NCBI GenBank assembly: GCA_000934665.2
Contig: JYFJ02000722.1
Location: forward strand, 1 to 64,000
Direction of reading: 5' to 3'
Length of the DNA stretch: 64,000 nucleotides
Source of the DNA: Catajapyx aquilonaris
Taxonomy: Eukaryota
Shown here: positions 1 through 13,296 of the stretch, one piece after another
Layout: every line of letters begins with the position of its first letter
Numbering within the stretch: the first letter of the stretch is position 1
Translations under genes and position numbers: made by a program
Notes under the pieces: generated by a model
What the model saw: the letters and a program-made list of their open reading frames with translations, nothing else
The model's database searches: none
What the model was told of the DNA's origin: nothing

Positions 1-222
1 AGGGTGGGTGGGAGGGGATGTGCAAAGTGCAAGTGCAATGTCTCTAATCGTCATTTTGTGAACTCCCCCGGGTGGCTTAGTCTACCGGAAATTGCCACCC
101 GAAACGAAGCCAGAGATGGCCCAACTCTGCACGAAAGAAGGTGGGAACCCCGGGTGGGGATTGAACCCGGGACCTTAACTTCCGTGGGCGCGCGCGTTAC
201 CGCGGCGCCACTCCGTCTCCCC
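1..222 (-). mobile_element. tRNA-derived SINE (head near 220, running off the window start)
   Basis: The minus strand reads ...GAGTGGCGCCGCGGTAACGCG...GGTCCCGGGTTCAATCCCCACCCGGG. This gives a Pol III A-box-like (TGGCGCCGCGG) and B-box-like (GGTTCAATCCC) pair at tRNA spacing, followed by a non-tRNA body. It is CpG-rich compared with the flank. Confidence 0.7.
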
Positions 223-1252
223 ATTATCACAAATATTAGATGCCAATATTAGGTTGTATCCTTTTTAACCACTCAATGTGTGTCTAACATATAGTACATT
301 TTCTGAAGAAACTTCACATGAGTCCGTGTACCAGCAAACATAGGTAGGCCTTACTACTCCACATGTAGGAGTGTGACTAATTTCTTCTCATCTGCCAGAA
401 AGAAATTGGCAGGCATTGTACAACTGAAATGATGAACTGCACATGGGTCCGGGTTTGGCTTTGACAATTTCTGCATAACCTGCCATAAGCTTTCCGTGAC
501 CTGACTGCAACATATACAAAAATTAATTTCTTGCCATGCAACACACACAATGAAACAATATATTGCACGATACAGTGTATATTTCTTTACTCCACTAAAC
601 ATTTAGCACAAATATTGTTTTCAATAATTAAGCGGTCTTGCAGCATATCAAGAAACTGACAGTATTTCTCTGATATTTATCATTTTTATGACTTCAAATA
701 TGGTGCTATTGTAGCCAAAAAATGATTTTCATAATGCATCATTGCAACTGCATAATTATAAGTTCCCCATTTCTATCAAAATCAGTGAGATGGTATTACA
801 TAATGGAAAAATGAAGACATGAAACACCTTTTTTTGCAAACACTGCTTGACGAAAAAATACAATTCCCAGCTTTCTCAAGGCCTCTGCAATGCAACGCCT
901 TGAAAGAAAGCAGTTACTTAGGTATTGAATTTCTTTTTGTCAACATGGAAGGTAGCTAGGTGCCACAAATATTGGTCTGCCACGTGCACTTCCCCAAACT
1001 GTCAAACAGCAACTTGGGCACAGTGCATCCAAATAGTTCCACTGCACAGGGGAATAGGGTAGTCTCAAACAAGGAACAAGAAGATTAATTAAGGTTCCAG
1101 CACCTGTTTCGCCAGAGCAGTACTACTCCATTGGAACTGGGCATTCAAAATTTTCTCTGCAACCACGCATGACACAGTCTAGATAATGATTGGAAACATC
1201 CACTTCACTGAGGAACAGTGCACTGGAAAATCACTGGACCACCACTTGGGTT

Positions 1253-4200
1253 TTATCTTGTAAAAGCCCTGGCATGTCGTATGTCCCTCCTGGCTCCCCC
1301 TCCTCCTCTCCTTTCCCTGTCCTTCCCTCTTCCCCCAAAACCATTTCCCCCACCTCCACCCCACCCTCTGCTATTGCCTCCAAACTTGTCCTCCACTGAT
1401 CTGACCACCGAGGCCCTCACATCCCTCACATCTGGTGGAGTCCTGAAAGAGGGCAGGTTTCTCTGTCCAGACATGGAAGTGACCTCCGCTGCCCTGAGGG
1501 CTGCCCATAGCGATGGAATCCCTGGGGTTGTGCCCCCTACACCTCCTCCCCCTCCCCCACCATTGCCACCTCCACCCACTATGATCCCTCTCCCAAATGT
1601 GACCTCCCTGGTCGACTCTCTTCGGCCTCCGAAGAACCGGCCACCTCTCTCTGATCCAAAGCCTCGCCCTCTGCTGCTAGATGATCTTGATGCTATCAGT
1701 TCCTATAGAAAACCAAGAACAGTTTTTCATTATTGAAATAGTGGATCCATTTTTCTGCTGGCAAGTGCACCACTACATGAATTTTAAAAATCCCAAACCC
1801 AGCTTATTGCAATTACTTGACATTACATTAATTCAACAATTTCTTGGTTACATCTATTTCATTTCACAACATCAGTAATCTGACTAGCATATGGTAAGAA
1901 CAAAAGCAGGTCCCACCTTGGCTGCCCTCATGGACATTTTGTTGTAACCAGTTGGCCCAGTGGGCTGCTGTCCTGCACTCTCAAGCTTGACAAAGTCGTC
2001 CACATGCAAGGAAGGTGGACGAGATGTGTTTGGAGGACGCGATCTGAATGGGTCGCTCCTGGAGCTGGGAGGAGGGCGGCCAAACCCACGGGCTCGGTTG
2101 CCACTCACTGAAATTATTCGCACCATATAATTCCATATGCTGAACATGTTATGGGACTACTAGAAATCTTGCAGGACACTCACCAAATGCCTTCTTTGGT
2201 TTGATCTCTTTTGGTGGAAGTACTAACGTCTTCTGCCTTTCCCTATCCCGGAGGTCTCTCCTGTCCCTCCCTCCCCTGTCTCTGTCCCCCCTTTCTCGAT
2301 CATCCTCCCTCCCTCCCCCAACAATTAACCCACCAGTTCCGCCACCTGAGACTCTTCCCCTATCCCCAAGCTCATCCCGAGGCTTGCACAGCTGACGTGT
2401 GGCTCCTGCTAATTCCCAATCACCCAAATAGGTATGGGACAACTCCAGCAAATTGCATGGAACCTGAAAAACAGTCAATATTCAGGATTAATCTTTCCCA
2501 CCTAACACTGGGAGTACATTTTAAGAGGCTGTATGAAGTTCTAACCTGTTCTCCATCCTGATCAGCCTCATCAACTGGAGGCGGGGACAGCCAGAATCCA
2601 GCTCCTAGCCTCTCCTCATCACAGTCACTGATCATAAACACAGGACGAGTAGCAAACTGCACTGCTAGAAGATCAGCTGACGGCAAAATTGGTTCAGCTG
2701 TGTCTCCACTACTCCCCTCAGCTGATGTTCTACCCTCGTCTTCCAACAGACGAACCAGAAAAGAAACCTGTTCTGCCAGACTCTCCATTGCTTCCTCTTC
2801 ACTGCTCCATTCCTACACAAAAATCGGTCTAATCACTTAAGTACTTGGAACTTAAAACATATTTCCTGTGCTATAGCAGATCAACCTCAGTAGCAAATTT
2901 CCCAATTATGTCCAGTACACATACAAAAAATTTACCTGAAGTTGCTTTTCCAGCAATAGCACTGGATGCTTTGGCTTCTCTGCATCTGGTGTCTGTTCAT
3001 CTTCTTTGTTCCACTGCAGCACAACAGCCAGCTCTGCGGGAGTCAGACTCCCAGTCCTTGGAGGCAAGGAGAGTCCTGTGCTAGCCCCATCATCTTCTTC
3101 TGGAGCCAACAACAATCGAAGAAGTTCAAGTGCAGTTGAAAGTGTTGAGAGGCAGTCCGAGCTGTCCTTGCTGAAGCTGCAGCTGATTTTGGAGAAGAGG
3201 GCTGAAAGTGCACCCGACTGTTTTTCGAGACAGCTCTTGAGGTGATGGAACCCATAGTCATGCTCAGTGAACATGACCAGAGTGCGCAGGGTTGGCAGAA
3301 GTGTGGTGAACCCATGGTCTAGGTTGCTCACATGCTCTAACATTGCAGAGCACATCTGGAGTAGTTGTTCTCTGGCTGGGAGTGAGTTTGACAGGTATGA
3401 CTCTACCTGACTAGGGGTTGAATCCTCCAGAGCTAATAGTGATATCTCAGTGTCACACAAGCATTGAAGTATTGATACAACACATTCTTGTGCCTGGATG
3501 TGATGATGCGATCCTTGTGGTGGTGGAGTTAACAATACACTGCTCAGTGATGGCAAAAATTCAATGTACTTCTCATCTGACTTGGATCCTCCTCGACACA
3601 AGTGCAGGACACCAGCTTTAACTGAAGCATGTGACACTAGGCATGCCAAAAAGTTAAGGAGACGTGATGTGTGGCCAAGGCAAAGAGTGCCAACTTGCTC
3701 CACAGGTTCAGCTTCAGGTGCACTTGGCGGTGTGACAGCAGCCCTGTCACTTTCCATGCTGGCAGACACTGTGTCCAACACAGCTCGGCACACCACAAGG
3801 GAAGCAGGAGCAGCCAAATCTGCCAGCTGGACACACACTCGGCGTAGAAGCTGGAGGAGAGGCTGAAAGCTGCTCCCACTCAGGCGAGCTATGAGCTCCT
3901 GGATGGGGGAGGCCAGTGGGAGAAGATGGGCACTCCAGAGTTTCCGGCTGAGAACAGCACGATTGCACTCATCTTCCAGGAGGGGCTGGGAATGTACACC
4001 ATAGAAATATAAGTCATGTTTCATGAAGTCTAAAATGCACCTTGTGCAACAACAATCCCCTTTGAATTGCTTCAATTACAGATACGAATAGAGAATGGGA
4101 GTCCGCAGTTAGCTGTTGACAACAAATGAATAGAACAGTAAATTTAAGGACTCACTTCAGCTAAGTGTCAGTATCGCTTCACACACACACACCCAGTTTT

Positions 4201-7200
4201 AAAATAAAGGAGTTGACTGCATTTACAATGCATTCCCATATTTGGGCCCTTCAAAAAAGTTTATAAAAGCCACATCAACCAACCTGCTTAGTGTGAATGG
4301 GCAGCGGCAGAGGCAACATCTCAGACATAACCAGTAGGCTGGGGATGAACCTGTATGGAGCCGAGGTGACAAACTTGAGCACTTCTGCCACCATGAGTGT
4401 CCACAGGCTCTTGCTGAGTGCATCCTCAGAATCGCCTGCATCCAGCACTGGTTGTGTATATGCCAACAGCGTTAAAACCACTTCCTGACAAATCTCTTGG
4501 GCCTGGGTATATGATGCTGCAGCCCCTGGGAATGCATGCATGAACACATATGTCTGTAGAAGGGTGGGCACAGCAGTTAGGTCCCGAAAGGCTGTGTTTC
4601 TCGCATGAATAACACCAGTCAGCATCTGGCGCACCAAATGTATCAGGGGAAGGACCAAGGCTGTCAGTAAGACACCCTGAGGGCCAACATACGTAGCAGT
4701 GTGCAGAGCAGGCTGTTCGAATGCATTGCACAGATTCTGAAGGATGGCCACCGAATTAGTCAATCCATCACAAGACACTAATTGTGCCAAAGCATACTTG
4801 AGCTTCAACTCAGTGAATTCCAAGTCCTTGGAAGCACCATTACAAGTTGGTATGGCCAGGTACTGCAACAAACGGGCGGCTTGTATGAGATCTCCAGGTA
4901 GGTTGACAGCATCTTCTACGCCATGCTTGAGGATCTCACTCAAGCTGGACACACCATCCACTGTAAAGTGCTCTGGATTCTCAGCTACAGATAGCCATGA
5001 GATGAGGTCCCGGAGCTTGGAACTTTCCTCCTGCCGACATATCTGCAAGTGAAGGGCAGCAATATAAGGTTGTGCAGTGCCCTGCATACTCTATACACAA
5101 CCCAATTTAATACTGTGCAATGTGTGATTCTTGACAACTCTTTAAAATCCAAACACTCATAATACAAGCCCAATTACATAACAATTATGGCATCAGTTTG
5201 GCTGTTCCAAATTAGTACAGAACTGATCCTCCAAATCTCCCTGTTGATGACCAGACTACTCTACCCCCAGTGTGTGTATTGCTTGACTTAATTTTTATAA
5301 TTTTCCATAGTGTCAATAGCAGTTTAATTGCAATTTGTGTATGCTCTTCCTGTTATTCAACCGACTACCCCTCTTACACAAAAATGTCCTGATGGATACG
5401 TACTCCTTTTCAAACTCAAAACTTACTTGAAGAAGAGTGTCTCCAAACCGCTGCAAAAAGGGTGCATAAGTAGAATGCTTGACAACTAAGGTGAGAAGGT
5501 CCACAGCATAGCCTCTTGCTGCTGACTTCTTCATTTTGGTGTCCAGCTCCTCCTCACCACATGGTCTGCAACAAGGGCACCAAATTTATATTCCATCAAA
5601 ACAATGAAAGCTGTATGCACGTAGAAGGCATGCCCATCTGTCCATGGCTGGAGACCAATATTTTGAATCCAAAGACACAAAATTAAGCATATTCATACAT
5701 CACTCCTGAAGATAGTTACATGGTGGTAAGGATGGCAATCTGACAATTTAATAATTGGCTCAATAATTTTTTATATTTTATATCAATATCTCACCCACTT
5801 TGCTCCATAATCAACCGAAACCAATTGTTTTCCTAGCAACCAAGAGTAAAGAAAAAGCTGGTGACAAGTCTGTATACCTTATGAATGGCATCAGCATATT
5901 TAAGTTGTCACTTCTGGACATGACATGCACAAGAGAAAGCCTCCCAGGCTGACTGAAGAGCAGGTGGTACATCCCTTGCAGCACATCTAGCACCTCTTGT
6001 TCCTCCTCGTCCCCGTCACTTTCCCCACCATTGCTGGATAGTTCCACAAGTGTGTCAACCCATGATAGAACTTGTAGGCAGTGAACCATGTGCAAGCCAG
6101 TGTGCTGCAGCTGTGAGCCCTCCTCAGAGCCAAGGGCCTCCTCACCTCTCCCATTCTCCTCTCCTGGGATGGATGGGAGAAGTGCCCTGGCCACACCCAT
6201 CACCACCTCCGCCTGGGAGAGCAAAAACAGCATCCCTTCCTGGCTCTCCAGAAGTGCCTGCAAACATGCCAAATGAAATACACGCCATTAATACAATGAT
6301 TGAGCTGAGAAGTAAGCTGACAGCCTGACACTAACACAAGTAGACAACAATGCTTTAAATGGAAAGCCTTTTTTATGCCCAGGTCATTTTCTGCATGAAA
6401 TAATAAGATCCATCAAGGTTGTTCATGTGACTACACAACACATGGTTGTCATACACTTCAGAATGTAGTGACATGTGCCTAGTGTGGAGGGGTCACATAC
6501 GCACCTGCAGAATGTCTTGGATGGCAGCAAGTAGCTTTGGATGTATGGCTGTGGATGGGCATGTAAGCAGAATGAGGATTGATTCAAGTAGTTGTTGCTT
6601 TCGCAACAGTGAATATATGGCTGGGCGCATCTCAGGATTGCTAGTTACGAGTTGATATTGTACTGAAGCAGGCAGGAACAGCTGCGGATGGCTCAGCAGG
6701 ATGTCTGCCTTGGTGTACAGGCTGATTATCTGGTCAGAACACAACAACAAGTAAGTAACAATGTACTTGTACAACATATTGCAGTGTTCATGCACAGCAA
6801 AACACAATACTCGTATGTGTCTGGTGATCTGAACAGGTTACACAGTGTGAAGAATACAGACCTCTTAGAAAATCAGTCTGGTCAAATACATATTTGTAAA
6901 CTAGGAGAGATTATCCACATGCAAGAAGGTCTTGATTGCAATTCATGATGAATGCCTCATGGCTGGGGGGTGCCAACTTACTTCATCTAAGCAGGCAATA
7001 ATGGACTCAATATCTGGTTCCTCCCCTTCAGCTTTAGGTGTTCCCTCCTTCTCTCCGTCCCCATCCAGTGGGTTGGACTGCACGAGCACTCCTACCATCT
7101 TCTTCAACTTGGACAGCATCTCATACAGATGGACACGCTGGATCAATGAAGTCAAAGCAAACTTGGCTCTGCTTGGTGCCTTCCCAAGAATCAGTTTTGC

Positions 7201-10200
7201 AGTGCATTGGTAAGCTGTTTCATCCTTGGTCTCACCAAACTTCAAACAACAAAAATTATTCATGTAGCTTCATAATTAATAGTGATCTTCAGGAAAAGAT
7301 GATGGAGTGGAGAAAGTCAATTCAATGAAACCATTATGTTTTCCTTTAGGCTTATATAAGCATCACAAGCAGGTGCCTTATTTACTTTTTCTCGGCAGTG
7401 CTTCCTGCAGAAGAGCTATGTTCAGTTAGCTTATTCTGAATGTTCTGAATTACTTGTTGTCATTATTTTATATTATTATGGTTTCTGATAAAGATCCAGG
7501 TCACAAACAAACAAAAGAGTCACAAAATAGTGTGCACATTACTTGAAGTGCAATTCTGAATGTGATGGCAAGATTTAATAGTATTAGATTAAATATTTTT
7601 CTTCACATACCAGCACACATGCACACTGAAAGGTACACTTCACTAAAACATTATGTTAATATCATGAAGTCCCAACAGTAGCACTGGCTTCCCCATATGG
7701 GAACTATATTTTTTTTTAAAGGCTCAAAGACCCTTAAAAGGTTCGTACCTTCTCCAAGAACATCTCAAGTCCCTCAAGAGAGTGCAATGTGGTGTCCAGT
7801 GCCCTGATAATCATGAGGCGTATGGAAACTGCCATGTATTGCTCGCCATACAACTGCAGAAGTTTCCATTGCACACCCGAGCCCAGCAGCCTGTTCAGTA
7901 GGCGTGCCCCACATGAAGTAGCAGCCTGGGCCAGGCGCACCCCAGCTTTGATGTGGCGGATCTTGAATGCTGCCTGAGACTGATTCATGGCAAGTTGGAT
8001 GTCCAGTCCCTTGGACACCCAGTCCGAGAGAATGTCTTCTGCTTTCTCTCTGTCTTCAGAGGAAAGAGCAGCCAGGCCTCTACTCAAGATAGTTGGAAGC
8101 TGCTCTGCAGACTCAACCCACCGCTCACCCCAGTCTTCTTCAGATGGAGGGACTTTATGCAAGATTTCCTGGAGTTTTTCAGCCTGATCAGATGGAGGAG
8201 GAGTTCCTGTGCGACGGTTTGCCTGGGATAATGCAATCTCGTATGGTGTCAAACTGGGGTCATGAAAGTGCTGAAAGAAACAAGAGCATGATAATAGGTG
8301 TGTAATTAATGGATATTTGGTGTGAACAACTGTGCCTTATAATTCATATAAATATTTAGTCTTTCTGCTTATTACATTGGCTTGAACCAGACTCATAAAG
8401 TGAAAGGGTAATTTTTCATCTCAATTTGTGCAGCAATGTTACATCACACATAATACAGATAAGGGTGTTTCACATCTATGTGATCAAAGTTTAAATGGCA
8501 GTAGAAAAGTACCATGGTGCGATTCCTGGGCGAAATGGGCCTTGGTGAAAAGCCCAGACCAGGACACATCGGCATAGTGTACGAGACAGTTGCACAGTGT
8601 GGCATGCCTTCAAGAATAATTCTCTTTTGGGAAGGGTACATTGTTGCTCTTTCCAACGTGGAATATACGTACAGTCAGATCAGGAATCAGTGTGAACTAA
8701 AAACTTTGACCATGCCAGGCAGATGGATCAACGCTGTGTTGAATCGTAACAAATTCGCCACATCATCTGTTGCTGGTACCTCAGGACACGGCCAGAAGTG
8801 ACACCCCACACTGCGCCGAACACCGGAGGTGACGAAGAAAAGGCAAGTAATGGTGACAAAGGAGAACCCTCACACCCAAGGGCACATTGCATCATGTGTG
8901 GCAGTGTCAACTGTTCATCGCAAGATCTGAACTTTGAAGTACGTCACAAAATCCAAGTTACCGAGTTACATTGCAGAGAGCAAGACCAACTGCAGAAAGC
9001 TGTACAAGAGACATTTAGCTGGAGAAAGATAAAAACATATTGTGTCACTGGATGAAGCATGGGTGTACCTAACTGACTGCAACAAGGTACGGGCCATTTA
9101 CTACCGCAACACACGTCCAAAGCCAATTTGCATTGGGTGCGTGGGTGCAAAAAAAGTTACGCACGCGGTTTCATGGTAGTGACAGGATACTGCCACAGAG
9201 GCAAGGTCACTGCACAGATTTGGCAAAAAGGCCATGATCAGTTCTGCCTGCAACCAGAGGAACGTACTGACACCATTGTATCAACATGATATCCCTTGGT
9301 TGCATGGCTGGGACACTTCAAAGGTGTTGATGCACCCCAATAAGCATTGAGTCATACGTCTCGATCGACAGTGGCCTACGTGATACTTATGGAGATTGAA
9401 ATGGGGAAACATTGCATGCTGACACCCGACATCCCTGCCAAATCTACCGATACCGCTCATATGGATTTTTACTGGTTTGGTCTGCTAAAAAGGACCCTCA
9501 TGAGGAGACCCACATGGTATCTGGCAAGCATTTGGAAAGTCACTCATGTGTGGTGGGACAAAATTGACCTTCCTAATTTAAAAATAAGTCTCATAGAATG
9601 AAAACTTCAATGTTGGCTGATAGTCCGACTACAGGGGTATCACATACAACGTCGTCGTTAGTGGCGAATGGTTTCACACGAAGTTATTTCAAATCGCAAT
9701 TTGATCACATAGAGGTGAAACGACCTTCTGTATTTGTGGCTGTGTAATAATTACCAAAAGTGACAGTTAATGAAATCAATAATATTTCAACCCTGGAAGC
9801 ATAGGCCAGCAGTACTGCAAGCATACGTATTGAATTAAGATAAGTAGAAGTAGAAAGAAAAGTGTGACACAAAATTTTGGGCTGTAAAAATTCCTAGACC
9901 TTTCAATATACTCCTGTGGCCTGTTGAAGAACAGGTATCTCTTGGTGGTATTTCTTGGAATTGATTGATTGACAGCAATTAGGTTTCACTGCACACTTAA
10001 TTACCTAAACTTCCTAACACGGGCCCTAGACAAAACTTACCACAAGAGGCTGTGCTTCCCAGTTGTATGGGTTGAATGTCTTTGCTTGAAACTCCTCCCA
10101 ATACTCCCCAGTCTCGTAATCCATTTCCTGCAATAGAAAAGTATGCAATGCAATTTCCATTATGAACAAAAGTAAGCCACATTTAATGCAACTACTTACT

Positions 10201-12822
10201 CCATCCTGCACTTCATCCACAATGTCCTCATCACTGACTATCTCCTCAAACTCTTCCATTTCAGCTGGTCCACCTTCTTTCTCAGGCTCAACCTCTACTT
10301 CTGCTTCCGGTTTCGGAGGTGATGCCTTCTCAGCCACCGCTCCTGCTGCTGGCTCCTCCGCTGCCTCTGCCTCTTCCTCCCCTCCTGAAGGTGGCTCCAC
10401 TTCTGGAATCTCACCATCAGATATGTCCTCCATCCCACCAGGAGAGAGAGGCTCAAACATGTCTTCCTTCTTGTCCTCTACAGAAATTATAAAAAGGTGG
10501 GCTTTGAAAAACGATAAAACTCAGACCGTGACAGCATGGGTATAATAATTTGCAATAATGTTAGGCTAAACCGATCTTGCTTTGCAAAGCGCATAAAAAT
10601 AATTGTGATTTCAGTTCACTGTCATCTATAACTCACCTTTACTGTCTTCAGCAGCATTGGAGGGCTGGTTCTCAGGTGGTGCTCCAGGTGTAGCCAACAA
10701 TGGTTGCTGCACAGGCACCGTCATTGGCAGTGGTAGAGGCAGACCAATTGGCAATGGGAGCAATGGCTGTGGATGATCCTGTGGAGGGGGAGGTGGTGAC
10801 CTTGGCCTCTTACGCTCCTCCCTCTCGGCAGAACCATCCCTCTTGTTTCCCGGTTGATTTCGATCCCACACTCGATCCAGTGGCAGAGGGAGAGGTAGAG
10901 GAAGTAAAGGCAATGGGAGTGGCAGGGGAAGAGTTATAGAAGAGTTTGGCTGATTGTTAGGTGGAGGTGGACGAGTCCAGTTGCGTCTTTGCTGTGGCTG
11001 TGGGGGAGGCTGGACCTGGAGTTGCAGTAAAGATGGTGGAGTATGTTGTTGAGGTTGCTGCGATGAGTCCCAGTCATCCTGCTCTATTGAGTTAGATCTG
11101 TCACGCTTGTCCCTGAAGCGATGGGGTTCCCAGTCGTGATCTTTGGACCACTCCCGATCACCCCCATCTTTATCCCACTCCCTGTCACGGTACTCATGCT
11201 CCCGGGAGCTCCCACGAGAGGAGCGGTCTTTCCTGTCTCGTTCCTTGTCCCAGTCACGTCTGTCTCGATCGTCCTTCATGCGCTCCCACGGGGGCTTGTC
11301 CTCTTCAAAACTTTCCTTGGCACGGTCATACACCTCAGCAGAATGCCCACTCACCTGGAATCCAAAAATCCATTTATGACATACAGTACAGTAAAATTGC
11401 AAGTGATTAACACCAACATATCATACTCCAGTGCAGTGGCATGGTAAAGACACGAGCACCAATTTGATTGCTGTGCATAGGCCTATAGTTTAACTACTGG
11501 CAGTGGCATACTTGGACTTAATAACATTGATGTCCAAAATCATCTAAAATGAACAAAAGCACGCAAGAAAGGCAACTTACCTGTGACTGTTGACTCCAGT
11601 CATCTTGGTACGAAGAACGATATTCTGGGGGTGGTCCATGATGTGGCCCCCTGGATGATGTGTAACTATCACCATATGCATCACCACGAGTGTCAGGTCC
11701 TTCCAGAGGGAAGCGGGACACTTCCACAGATCCCTCGGATACCTGCAGAGTCACATATTGAGTACATAATTAATGGGGGGAAAAAGGATGACTGACTCAC
11801 TGGTGGGTGTGAAGGTGGCCAGTCTGCAGAAGGAGGAGGTCCTGAGACATCACCCATGAGGTGCACCTTGTGGGGTCTTGGTGGGTGGGAGAGGGTAGGT
11901 GGATGGGCATGAGGTGGGGGATGAGGGAGTGGGAGGGAAAGTGGCAGGGGATGCGGCGGAGCAGGAGGGGGAACCTTTGCACCAACTCCTGCAGGGGTAG
12001 GCTGGGGTGTGGCAGTTTCCTGAACAGATTTGGTAAGGACTCCGTACACCGCCAGTGTTATGGTTGAGTACCACCCTCGCAAGACCAGGCCGTCAGTTGG
12101 AATCTGCAATGGTTAGAGTCAGTGTTACATAGTTTGCCACTTACGCAGGTGTATGTGCCCAAGGGTGGGGAGCACCGAACTCACTTGTCAGTAAAACAAA
12201 TCTAGCCAGATTGCAATAATATCATATACAAACCCGCTTCTCACACTCCAGCTGTATATTCCCATTCTGCCTGTATTCCAAGGCTCCCAAGCTCTCGAAG
12301 GTGGACGCTCCTGGTTTGCTCAAGTCGTTCACAAAAAACTCGATTTGAAATTGGGTTGGATTTGTTGCTCTGTAGGGAAGAATGCAAATTACTTTTTAAA
12401 ATACAAAGGCTGGTCAAGGTCCACTAACTCCCTAAGAAGGCTGAGTAGGCATATGTCATAACATAGGTAAGTAGCGTCCATCTGCTCATTCCGTTGATAA
12501 TACGTACCCAAGGCGCACCCCTCCAGGGAAGTCCGCCTGAACCCTGGCCCCAAGAGGTATGATGCGCACCTCGCTGATGAAGACCGGCTTCGGAAACTGA
12601 ACCAGGTCCAAGTTCAACTCCTGAAATGATTGAGCATTGGAGTGATATTGTCAGCAAGAGACGGGTTAAAATTCGGCCCGACACACGCCGGTTCCCAGGC
12701 CAACCCCCGCATGCTGTCACTCCCTTCCCGCCCAAAAGTCACCCAGGCCCCGAAACCACACCAACCTCCGAATTTTCGTGTGAAAATGTGTCGAAAAATA
12801 AAAGCTCGCTGCAGTCCGCCAT
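1253..12822 (-). CDS. vir: Protein virilizer / VIRMA (m6A methyltransferase complex scaffold), 19 exons, ~2124 aa
   Basis: The N-terminus MADCSELLFFDTFSHENSE-ELNLDLVQFPKPVFISEVRIIPLG...FQIEFFVNDLSKPG...IPTDGLVLRGWYSTITLAVYG matches the VIR_N domain. The C-terminal DPFRSRPPNTSRPPSLHVDDFV motif and an RGG tail are also present. Exons (all GT-AG, phases consistent): 12766-12822, 12508-12620, 12234-12369, 11801-12103, 11581-11742, 10637-11354, 10200-10477, 10041-10127, 7749-8270, 6982-7239, 6505-6729, 5878-6257, 5427-5565, 4284-5042, 2936-3985, 2546-2812, 2184-2463, 1917-2107, 1253-1702. Confidence 0.95.
8514..9660 (+). mobile_element. Decayed Tc1/mariner-superfamily transposase remnant in vir intron 8
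   Basis: Frameshifted fragments give ..VTLDEAWVYLTDCNK-like (~9045-9090), GFMVVTGY, SHTSRST, DIPAKSTDTAHMDFYWFGLLKRTL (resembles the P-x-SPD-x-P-x-D third-acidic-residue motif), WDKIDL and ..QGYHIQ. It lies antisense to the host gene. TIRs were not clearly identified. Confidence 0.75.
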
Positions 12823-13296
12823 CTTTTTCCTCGCATTTTTTCGTCCCCTCTGGCTTGCCCATAGTTACCATGAAGTCATATCTCAATTATTACATTTAAT
12901 TGGGAGTGCTATATCTGCAGCGAAATGATAGGCGGAAATTAAAACATTAATGTTAATGCACTTATTTAATCGTATTTTAATGATGAGACAGAGTTTGGCT
13001 GTGTAAAGGCGACTTGTATGCTGGATCCTGATTGGCTGCGACTTGTTTTGTGGCGAACAGGCCAATCAAAAGGGTCCTCCGCAGCGGCCCTAGTGGGAGT
13101 GGGAAGGGTCGGTGTGGTGGGGAGGAATCCAAGGTGGCGGCGCGGCGTTGGCTGTCTGAATCTCGCTCTCTCCCTGCCTGATCCCCCCCCATCAGCGGCC
13201 ACCGGCTAGGTTTCAGCAGCTGGGTGGTTTTCCGGGCGTTGCTGGACCGGGAGTGGTGGTGCGTGTGGTACAGCCTCGAGCGGTTCGGGAGGAAGG
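12823..13296. promoter_or_regulatory. Bidirectional promoter region between vir and the RPRD1-like gene
   Basis: The start codons diverge with 474 bp between them. Opposed CCAAT boxes are present (ATTGG at 13031, CCAAT at 13062), and the segment is GC/CpG-rich. Confidence 0.7.

Noticed and set aside
1218..1736. Proline-rich plus-strand ORF (172 aa)
   Set aside because: It is the antisense shadow of the Gly/RGG-rich last vir exon.
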